Below, piece after piece: positions 28,583 to 35,580 of a stretch of 35,580 nucleotides of DNA. Source of the stretch: Synechococcus sp. GTDB lineage: Bacteria > Cyanobacteriota > Cyanobacteriia > Thermostichales > PCC-7336. The first letter of the stretch is position 1. Each line of letters opens with the position of its first letter. The position numbers and the translations under genes are program-made. Location of the stretch: NCBI GenBank assembly GCA_051439425.1, contig JBFRWD010000031.1:1-35580 (forward strand), given 5' to 3'. Under the pieces are notes generated by a model, which ran no database searches, was not told the DNA's origin, and was given only the letters and a program-made list of their open reading frames with translations.

Positions 28583-29254
28583 ATGGCTTATCGATTTCAG
28601 TTTCAAGTGATTTGGGATAACTGGGATCTGTTTGTGAATGGCCTCTTCAATACTGTCAGGTTCTCTGGTGCTGCAGTTGGCATGGGATTAGGGCTGGGGG
28701 GCCTGGGAGTATTAGGGCGAACCTCTGGCATGCGGGTACTGCGAGCCATTGCCAGCACCTATATAGAGGTGATTCGCAACACGCCGTTCTTGACGCAACT
28801 CCTATTCATTTTCTTTGGATTACCAGCACTGGGGTTAAGGATGAGTTCCGAGCAGGCTGCACTGCTGGCTCTCAGTATTAACTTTGGGGCGTACGCTGCA
28901 GAAATTTTGCGAGCCGGAATTGAAGGGATCGATCGCGGCCAAATTGAAGCGGGATTATCGTTAGGTTTGAACCACATCCAAGTGTTTCGGCATGTGGTTC
29001 TTAAACCTGCGATCGCGACGATCTATCCAGCCTTAACCAGCCAGATTGTTCTACTGCTATTACTGTCCAGCGTCGTATCGCAAATTTCTGTGGAGGAACT
29101 GACGTTTGTGGGCAATTTTCTGCGATCGCGAACCTTTCGAGACTTTGAAGTCTATATAGCAGTGGCAGCCATTTACATTGTGCTGGTGTTGATACTAAAG
29201 CTGATGGCTCAATTACTACATCGTTGGCTGTTTCGATTTACCCGGTATACGTAG
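28583..29254 (+). CDS. Polar amino acid ABC transporter permease (HisMQ family)
   Basis: YIEVIRNTPFL.QL.FIFFGLP and EAA loop AEILRAGIEGIDRGQIEAGLSLGL. Confidence 0.93.
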   Translation: MAYRFQFQVIWDNWDLFVNGLFNTVRFSGAAVGMGLGLGGLGVLGRTSGMRVLRAIASTYIEVIRNTPFLTQLLFIFFGLPALGLRMSSEQAALLALSINFGAYAAEILRAGIEGIDRGQIEAGLSLGLNHIQVFRHVVLKPAIATIYPALTSQIVLLLLLSSVVSQISVEELTFVGNFLRSRTFRDFEVYIAVAAIYIVLVLILKLMAQLLHRWLFRFTRYT

Positions 29255-29393
29255 AAAGGTCCAAGCTGGCCTTGAGATGACCAAACTGACTGTCATGGAG
29301 CTCGCGTCAAATAATATCCGCACTGCAGTCAGCATGAGAGAGCTTCAGTTCCACAGCTTTGTGCTGACCAACCACTAGCAGGCAACGGTACCC

Positions 29394-30047
29394 GTGAGAG
29401 ATTTCAGTGCGTTTCAGATTGTGACATCCCTAATGTGGGCAGCACGGTGGACTATCCTTCTCTCTGGAGTGGCGTTTTCGTGCGGGGGGTTGGCTGGTTT
29501 GGTAGTGATGCTGATGCGGATTTCGCCGTTCAAGTTGGTGCGGTACGCCAGCCGAATGTACTCGGAGATTGTGCAGGGGACACCGCTACTGATTCAGTTT
29601 TTGCTGACCTATTTTGGGTTAAGCATTATTGGATTTGAGATTAGTTCGTGGTGGGCTGCAACTATCGCCCTCACGACATTTACAAGTGCTTTTTTAGGAG
29701 ATATCTGGAGAGGGGCCGTGGAGGCAATTCCGGAGGGGCAATGGGAAGCAGCTCAAGCACTTAGCTTGAACTACTGGCAACAACTTCAATTGGTGGTGCT
29801 ACCTCAGGCAGTTCGGTTGGCAATCGCTCCCACCGTTGGGTTTATGGCCCAGGTCGTAAAGGGAACTTCTTTAGCCTCAGCCATTGGATTTGTAGAGCTA
29901 TCCCGATCGGCCAGTAATATTGCAAACGTTACATTCGAGCCAGCTTTTGTATATTTTACAACGGCCGCCATCTACTTCTGTATTTGCTTCCCTATTTCAG
30001 CACTCAGTAGAAACCTGGAGAAAACCTTAGCCTGCCAAGACGCATAG
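29394..30047 (+). CDS. Polar amino acid ABC transporter permease (HisMQ family)
   Basis: QGTPLLIQ, DIWRGAVEAIPEGQWEAAQAL, VLPQA and KGTSLASAIG. GTG start. Confidence 0.93.
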   Translation: MRDFSAFQIVTSLMWAARWTILLSGVAFSCGGLAGLVVMLMRISPFKLVRYASRMYSEIVQGTPLLIQFLLTYFGLSIIGFEISSWWAATIALTTFTSAFLGDIWRGAVEAIPEGQWEAAQALSLNYWQQLQLVVLPQAVRLAIAPTVGFMAQVVKGTSLASAIGFVELSRSASNIANVTFEPAFVYFTTAAIYFCICFPISALSRNLEKTLACQDA

Positions 30048-30149
30048 CAGATTTCGTGTACATTTCACCTTAGATAAATAGCCTGATAAAAGCAAGTTTT
30101 TCACTGGTTTCACTCGGATTTCATTCTCATTAGCCTAAGGACTATATCT

Positions 30150-31004
30150 ATGAGTTATGTGTTTCCTCGAAGACAGTGGCTTCGAGCTACTATTGTTTCC
30201 AGCATGACTTTTTTGTTTGTTATGTTTTTGGCGTTGGCTGGGGTCAGCGATCGATTGAGTGTTAGAGCCCAAGCCTCGGAGGGGTCAAGCCTAGATAGCA
30301 TCATTGAATCTGGAACAGTGACGATTGCGGTGCCTCAAGACTTTGCCCCATTTGGCTCCGTGGATGCTAGCGGAAATTTAGAAGGCTATGACATCGATGT
30401 CGCCAACCTATTGGCGGACGATCTGGGAGTAGATTTAGAGCTGCTGCCGGTCACTAGCGATAACCGAATCCCGTTTTTACAAACCAATAAAGCCGACTTG
30501 GTCATTTCCAGCATGGGGGCCAATCCGGAGCGGGCGAAGTCAATTTTCTTCTCCATTCCCTACGCACCATTTTTCTCAGGAATTTATGGTTCTGCTGATA
30601 TTACTGATGTCGAAGGGTTTGATGACTTGAGTGGCTATACCATTGGTGTGACTCAGGGAACTCTGGAAGATTTAGAGCTAACGGATGCGGTAGCTGAAGA
30701 CGTGCAAATCGAGCGGTTTGCCGATAATAGCTTGACGGCAGCGTCACTGATTTCCGGTCAAGTCGATCTGATTGCAACAGGAAATGTTGTGGCAGCAGAA
30801 TTGTCTGCGAATAATCCAGACAAAACAATTGAAGGCAAGTTCATCATCAAAGAGTCTCCTGCCCACATCGGTTTGAGACGCGGAGAGATAGACTTGCTTC
30901 AATGGGTAAATACGTTCATCTATCATAAACGTTTGGGTGGAGAGTTAGATGATTTTTCGCAGAAATGGTTTGGCGAACCTCTACCTCCTCTGCCGGCTTT
31001 CTAA
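30150..31004 (+). CDS. Polar amino acid ABC transporter substrate-binding protein (SBP family 3)
   Basis: N-terminal export signal, PQDFAPFG, GYDIDVA, NRIPFLQ..KADLVISS, PERAK.I.FS.PY and KWFG. Confidence 0.93.
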   Translation: MSYVFPRRQWLRATIVSSMTFLFVMFLALAGVSDRLSVRAQASEGSSLDSIIESGTVTIAVPQDFAPFGSVDASGNLEGYDIDVANLLADDLGVDLELLPVTSDNRIPFLQTNKADLVISSMGANPERAKSIFFSIPYAPFFSGIYGSADITDVEGFDDLSGYTIGVTQGTLEDLELTDAVAEDVQIERFADNSLTAASLISGQVDLIATGNVVAAELSANNPDKTIEGKFIIKESPAHIGLRRGEIDLLQWVNTFIYHKRLGGELDDFSQKWFGEPLPPLPAF

Positions 31005-31044
31005 CTGACCTAAAAAGTTAGCTTCCAATCTAGATTTATATCCT

Positions 31045-31079
31045 AAAATTCCATCTAGCTCCTTTCTAGATGGAATTTT
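31045..31079. terminator. Likely bidirectional intrinsic terminator between convergent genes
   Basis: AAAATTCCATCTAG-ctccttt-CTAGATGGAATTTT, a perfect 14-bp inverted repeat with A/T tails, between the SBP gene and purE. Confidence 0.75.
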
Positions 31080-31131
31080 TATTGGCGATCGATGTTCGTA
31101 CCAGCTTCAGCAATTTCAGAGCATCTAAAAC

Positions 31132-31659
31132 CTATGGCATTCTCGTCAAATAATCGCGATAGCCCACATCTTGCAGACTGGCATCTTTTCCTGTAACCAT
31201 CTCCAGCAATTCTTGTCGGTAGGCTTGAATCTTAGCTAGTAATTCTGGCTGGCTACTACCCAAAATTTGTACAGCCAATAACCCAGCATTTTGAGCGTTG
31301 CCGATCGCCACCGTAGCCACCGGAATTCCGCGTGGCATTTGCACGATGGAATAAAGAGAATCCACGCCGCTTAACGTGCTCGTCTTCACCGGTACCCCAA
31401 TCACTGGTAGCGGCGTCAGCGACGCCATCATCCCCGGCAAGTGAGCCGCTCCCCCTGCCCCAGCCACAATGGCTTTGTAGCCGCGCTCGTGAGCTGTTTT
31501 GGCAAACTCCACCATGCGTTCGGGGGTGCGGTGGGCGCTGAGAATGTGGACGCTATAGGGCACCTCAAACCGATCGCAAATCTCGCAAGCCGCCGCCATC
31601 GTAGGTAAATCAGAATCGCTACCCATGGCGATCGCTATTACAGGAGCAGTCTCGGTCAC
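31132..31659 (-). CDS. purE: N5-CAIR mutase
   Basis: MGSDSDL, SAHRTP, AGAGGAAHLPGM, PVIGVP, DSLYSIVQMPRGIPVATV and NAGLLA. Confidence 0.97.
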   Translation of the reverse strand: MTETAPVIAIAMGSDSDLPTMAAACEICDRFEVPYSVHILSAHRTPERMVEFAKTAHERGYKAIVAGAGGAAHLPGMMASLTPLPVIGVPVKTSTLSGVDSLYSIVQMPRGIPVATVAIGNAQNAGLLAVQILGSSQPELLAKIQAYRQELLEMVTGKDASLQDVGYRDYLTRMP

Positions 31660-31793
31660 AATCAGTTCACCAATACAACTACCTTCCTAGCTAGATCGGG
31701 AATAGCTCGTGGAAGGCCACCAGCTAATCTACAGCAAACCGCTGCAAGGTCAACAGCGAAGATCGACAACTTTGTTTAGCGGTTTGTCCGCTG

Positions 31794-31855
31794 CTAACTC
31801 ACTCACCACCTCCCCCAATCTCGTAGCAGATTGGGGGAGGTGGTGAGTGAGTTAG
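31794..31855. repeat. Perfect 28-bp inverted repeat with 6-nt loop downstream of htpG
   Basis: CTAACTCACTCACCACCTCCCCCAATCT-cgtagc-AGATTGGGGGAGGTGGTGAGTGAGTTAG. Confidence 0.9.
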
Positions 31856-31880
31856 GACTGTACAAGTGAGGAAGGATAAT

Positions 31881-33755
31881 CTAGGCCAACGCTTTCTCCG
31901 TTAGCTTGGTGAGCACGTCATTCGATCGCTGCAAGAACGACTGCATCGTATCTGCATCGGGACTGCGCTGGGCCATCATAGCCAGATCGTAAATGTGGTT
32001 GCAGATCAGACCGGTGAGGTCATCGCTACCGATCACCTGACCTTGAGACATTTCCTGCAGATTTTTGACCAAGGGGTGGGAGGTGTTGACCACCAGTGTG
32101 TGCTCGTCCGGCAACGAGAATGCAGCGGCATCTTGTTGCATCACTGCAGCCATCTCTTGCATGCGGCGCAGGGCTTCGGGTAACAAAATCATGGCAGGGA
32201 CAGCGGCAGACTTGAGCGCTTGGGCTTTCACATCCAGCTTGTCTTTGCCCAATGCCGACTTGAACAGATCTTGCAGCGTCTCGGTTCTTGTTTTATTGGT
32301 GGTGGGGTCAACGATATCGCCCGCACTGTCTTCATCCACCAGCGTATCGTCTAGCTCCGAATCCACTCGCTTGAACTGTACTTCGCTATTCTCACGCTCT
32401 AAGAAACCAGTGAAGTGACTGTCAATGAATCCATCCAGCAGCAACACCTCTAGCCCCTGACCTTTGTGCAGTTCGATATAGGCACTTTGGGCGGCTTCGT
32501 CGTTGGAGTAATAGACCGTCTTTTCCTGCTTCTCACCATTACGCTCCAAGTAATCGGACAGGGTGACGTAAGCTTTCTGCTCCCCTTCGGTCTCCTGGGT
32601 GGTCTTGAACACCAGGATGTCCTTCACCCGCTGGTAGAACTTGTCGCTGTTCATAACGCCGAACTTCACGAACAGGCTGATGTCAGGCCATACTTCCAGA
32701 TAGCGGTCGTAGTCGTCTTTGTAAAGATCGTTGAGGCGATCGCCGACTTTCTTGGCAATGTGGTCGGAGATGCGCTTGACCTTGCGATCGTTGTGCAGGT
32801 AACTACGAGAGACGTTGAGAGGAATGTCGTTGCCGTCTACATCAATCACGCCGCGCAGGGGCATGAGGAACTTGGGAATGACTTCTTCGGCATTGTCAGT
32901 GACGTATACCTGATCGCAGAACAGCTTGATTTGACCGCGATTGGGGTCAATGTCGGGACGCAGTTTGGGGAAGTAAAGAATCCCCTTCACAATCACCGGA
33001 TAGTCGGTGTTGATGTGAATCCAAAACAGGGGCTCTTCTTGGAACGGATAAAGATAGCGGTAGAACTCTAGATAATCCTCATCACTGAGGTCGGAGGGAG
33101 ATTTGGCCCACAGGGGTTCCTGTTTATTGACCACTGAGTCGCCGAAGTGGATCGGTACCGGTAGAAAATCGCAGTACTTGGTAATCAACTGACGAATGCG
33201 AGCCTCTTCTAAGAACTCGTCATCTTCTTCGGTGAGCGTCAGCGTGATGGTGGTGCCGATGTCGGTGCGATCGGAATCATCAAGCGTGAACTGAGTCGAT
33301 CCTTCACAGGACCAATGCACGGCAGGAGCATCTGCTTGGTACGACTTGGTGTCGATTTCTACGAGCGAGGACACCATAAAGGAGGAATAGAAGCCCAAGC
33401 CAAAGTGGCCGATGATGGCTTGTTCGTTGCTGTCACCCTTGTATTTCTCGATAAATTCTTCCGCGCTGGAGAAGGCCACCTGGTTGATGTACTGTTTGAC
33501 TTCGTCAGCAGTCATGCCCAAACCGGTGTCGGTAATGCTGAGCTGGCGCTTCTCTTTGTCGATCGCCACCGTAATTTTGGGTTCGGGAATAGTTTGCACA
33601 TCTTCGCGATAGCCAATCCACTTGAGCTTGGAAATGGCATCCACTCCATTTGAGATCAGCTCCCGCAGGAAAATCTCGCGATCGGAGTACAGAGACTTTT
33701 TGATGATCGGGAAGATATTCTCGGTATGGATGCTGATATTGCCTTGTTCGTGCAT
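31881..33755 (-). CDS. htpG: Molecular chaperone HtpG (Hsp90)
   Basis: GNISIHTENIFPIIKKSLYS.REIFLRELISNG.DA, DTGLGMT, IGHFGLGFYSSF, GTTITL and IPLNVSRS. Confidence 0.97.
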   Translation of the reverse strand: MHEQGNISIHTENIFPIIKKSLYSDREIFLRELISNGVDAISKLKWIGYREDVQTIPEPKITVAIDKEKRQLSITDTGLGMTADEVKQYINQVAFSSAEEFIEKYKGDSNEQAIIGHFGLGFYSSFMVSSLVEIDTKSYQADAPAVHWSCEGSTQFTLDDSDRTDIGTTITLTLTEEDDEFLEEARIRQLITKYCDFLPVPIHFGDSVVNKQEPLWAKSPSDLSDEDYLEFYRYLYPFQEEPLFWIHINTDYPVIVKGILYFPKLRPDIDPNRGQIKLFCDQVYVTDNAEEVIPKFLMPLRGVIDVDGNDIPLNVSRSYLHNDRKVKRISDHIAKKVGDRLNDLYKDDYDRYLEVWPDISLFVKFGVMNSDKFYQRVKDILVFKTTQETEGEQKAYVTLSDYLERNGEKQEKTVYYSNDEAAQSAYIELHKGQGLEVLLLDGFIDSHFTGFLERENSEVQFKRVDSELDDTLVDEDSAGDIVDPTTNKTRTETLQDLFKSALGKDKLDVKAQALKSAAVPAMILLPEALRRMQEMAAVMQQDAAAFSLPDEHTLVVNTSHPLVKNLQEMSQGQVIGSDDLTGLICNHIYDLAMMAQRSPDADTMQSFLQRSNDVLTKLTEKALA

Positions 33756-34005
33756 GCGTTTGAACTCCCAACGTCACTCGCTTGGTTAGGTGGCACCGGG
33801 CACACGAACTTGGGTGCCCCGCCGGATTGGCTGTACTACTGGCACTCGCGGCTGACTTGCAAAATCGCGAAGAGCACCAGCAGTCAATACCATTAACACC
33901 TGCTTTTTTCGTTACCGGGGTGAGATGCCCACACACCTCCGTAGCAAAACCCGAACCTTAACTTCTTTAGCAAGAAGGTGGGATTCCGTATCTAGCTGCA
34001 CAGTT

Positions 34006-34014
34006 TGCTAAAAT
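34006..34014 (+). promoter_or_regulatory. Extended -10 element for the pmgA-like gene
   Basis: TGcTAAAAT about 30 nt upstream of the GTG start at 34045. Confidence 0.5.
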
Positions 34015-34044
34015 TAGAAACAGCCGACGTAGAGATCTTCGCCT

Positions 34045-34494
34045 GTGCTATCTATTCTGAGAAAACCGGTTAATACCCGCTCAGCCTATACCCTCAGTTT
34101 TGTCTCCACACTCTATGTCCGACCAATACTCGACCTCCTAGTTTTAGAAGTGCCACCTCAGTGGCAAGCGGAAATTCGGCTGGGACTGCAAGAAGCATTA
34201 GTGAATGCTGTCGCGCATGGCAATCAACACGATCCGGCTAAGCGAGTGACCGTGACTGTATCGTCACAAGCTCCTCTGTATAAGTGGGTTATCTCTGATG
34301 AGGGAGGCGGCTTCGATCGCCGCTGTTGGTGCGATCGGCAGCCTCATGACGGGATTGACGATACGGATGAGTGCGGGCGTGGAGTCTTCATTCTCAAACA
34401 GATTTTTGACTGTGTGGAATGGAACGGCAACGGTAATGAGTTGCACTTGATGAAAGCCATCCAGCCCAACCGCAACGATCCATTGATTCCATAA
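34045..34494 (+). CDS. pmgA: Anti-sigma factor / Ser-Thr kinase-like ATP-binding protein (PmgA type)
   Basis: SFVSTLY..PILDLL..EVP.QWQAEIRLGLQEALVNA..HGN..DP, WVISDEGGGF and ECGRGVFILKQIFD: an RsbW-like fold with the cyanobacterial PmgA signature. Confidence 0.82.
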   Translation: MLSILRKPVNTRSAYTLSFVSTLYVRPILDLLVLEVPPQWQAEIRLGLQEALVNAVAHGNQHDPAKRVTVTVSSQAPLYKWVISDEGGGFDRRCWCDRQPHDGIDDTDECGRGVFILKQIFDCVEWNGNGNELHLMKAIQPNRNDPLIP

Positions 34495-34515
34495 GGCCCA
34501 TTGATTCCATAGGGC
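34480..34515 (+). repeat. 18-nt tandem duplication spanning the pmgA stop codon
   Basis: CCATTGATTCCATAAGGC followed by CCATTGATTCCATAGGGC. Confidence 0.85.
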
Positions 34516-34552
34516 GAACTTACCAACCTAGCCCACAGCATCTGACAGGTCT

Positions 34553-35461
34553 TTAGCGACACAGCAGCGACCCCGAACAACGAGCGGTGCGTCGTTGATG
34601 TCTCAGGTAGCGCCGATATAGCCGTCGATATAGCCGCATCGGCGTGAACGTGTTGCGTTGTTGAATCGCATTGAGAGTAGAGACGGGCTTGGGAGGAGGA
34701 GCAGCAATGCGAACTAGACGTTCCACCACTCCTGGTAAAAGGCGGTTGAGCCACACGGCAGCATGACTTTGCCAACCCACCAGCACCTCTGAAGAACCCT
34801 GTCGTAAGCCACGCACCAGGGCTTGGGCCACTTGCTCGGCGGTGACGGACTTAACCCACTTGAACCGGGCGAAATCATTCACCATGTCTGTTTTGGTCAG
34901 AGTGGGTAGCAAAGCAACCACCTGAATGTTGTGTTCAGACAATTCACTGCGGAGGGCTTGGGTGAATCCCATCAGGGCAAATTTGGTGGCGGAGTAGGTG
35001 GACATAGTTGGAGCAGCGACTTTGCCCATCAGACTAGAAACATTGACGATCGCCCCTTCTCCCATCACAACCATGCGTTTAGCCATCACGCGAGTGACGG
35101 CATACACCCCCATCAAGTTGGTGGTCAGTTCCGCTTGCATTTGGGGAGCTTGGGCTTTGAGGAATGGAGTTTGGTGGGCGATTCCGGCAGAGTTGACCAA
35201 TAGGTGAATGGGGCCGTAGTCTCGCCAGGCTTTAGCGATATTGATATCCACATCCACCACTTCTGCCAAGTCAAGGGATAGAGGGATGGCTTCGGTGCCG
35301 AGAGATTCGATTTCAGCTGCCGCTTTGGCGAGGCGATCGCGATTGCGAGCTACCAAGATAATGCGTTTGATGCCGTTGCGGGCGAGTTCCAGGGCGATCG
35401 CTCGCCCAATACCTTTGGAAGCTCCAGTGATCAGAGCTGTTTTTCCGATGACATATAGCAA
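34553..35461 (-). CDS. SDR family NAD(P)-dependent oxidoreductase; native start probably displaced by IS insertion
   Basis: ALITGASKGIG, LVNSAG, IVNVSS and YSATK. The only in-frame start (TTG at 35461) lies inside the putative IS terminal repeat. Confidence 0.88.
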   Translation of the reverse strand: MLYVIGKTALITGASKGIGRAIALELARNGIKRIILVARNRDRLAKAAAEIESLGTEAIPLSLDLAEVVDVDINIAKAWRDYGPIHLLVNSAGIAHQTPFLKAQAPQMQAELTTNLMGVYAVTRVMAKRMVVMGEGAIVNVSSLMGKVAAPTMSTYSATKFALMGFTQALRSELSEHNIQVVALLPTLTKTDMVNDFARFKWVKSVTAEQVAQALVRGLRQGSSEVLVGWQSHAAVWLNRLLPGVVERLVRIAAPPPKPVSTLNAIQQRNTFTPMRLYRRLYRRYLRHQRRTARCSGSLLCR

Positions 35462-35580
35462 TCCTAGATGATTTCATAGATACTATTAGGGAAGAAATCC
35501 CCTCAAGGAATGACTCTAGACGAGTTTATCGCGAGTAATCCAGAGCCTAGGGAGTTGAAACGGGCACTGGCAGTGAAGAT
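35456..35580 (+). mobile_element. Left end of an IS630-family insertion sequence (runs off the window)
   Basis: TA target (35454-35455) followed by TAGCAATCCTAGATGATTT, which resembles cyanobacterial IS630 terminal repeats as recalled. A transposase-like ORF start follows. Confidence 0.75.
35510..35580 (+). CDS. IS630-family transposase, N-terminal fragment (truncated by the window edge)
   Basis: MTLDEFIASNPEPRELKRALAVK matches the recalled FI..NP..RELKRALAV start of cyanobacterial IS630 transposases. Confidence 0.72.
   Translation, partial: MTLDEFIASNPEPRELKRALAVK

Noticed and set aside
33839..33865. CTGGCACTC upstream of htpG as a CIRCE element
   Set aside because: The second arm GAGTGCTAA is not present at the 9-nt spacing.
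31995..33936. Long alternative-frame and antisense ORFs over htpG (similar ones over lysS, gdhA, the S9 peptidase and others)
   Set aside because: They are expected shadows of codon-biased genes.
1..35580. CRISPR arrays, tRNA/rRNA genes, prophage or defence systems
   Set aside because: None was recognisable by eye. A covariance-model search would be needed to exclude small RNAs.

Overview
This is a cyanobacterial chromosomal segment: the HIP1 octamer GCGATCGC recurs throughout, and ccs1, pmgA-like and single LptF/G genes are present. Most of it is housekeeping: cobI, DUF362, ccs1, lysS, a REC-GAF hybrid histidine kinase, alanine-glyoxylate aminotransferase, gdhA, mltA, an S9 peptidase, lptA-lptB-lptF/G-menG, a MAPEG protein, an amino-acid ABC module without an ATPase, purE, htpG, pmgA and an SDR. 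The best candidate for an undescribed system is an AT-rich, HIP1-free islet (about 23.3-28.2 kb). It encodes an AlgD-like GDP-mannose 6-dehydrogenase, an overlapping GT4 glycosyltransferase and a convergent sulfotransferase with atypical active-site residues, and it has no polymerase or export genes. Manual reading found several things the ORF track misses or does not explain: (i) a HupE/UreJ pseudogene at 15.6-15.9 kb; (ii) an IS630-type element inserted at a TA in the first codons of the SDR gene; (iii) a small ORF with a Shine-Dalgarno site and an internal amber codon, downstream of a hairpin-rich leader and a perfect NtcA-type palindrome; (iv) a perfect 28-bp inverted repeat after htpG and several short repeat structures. 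All assignments come from motif recognition by eye; no database searches were run.
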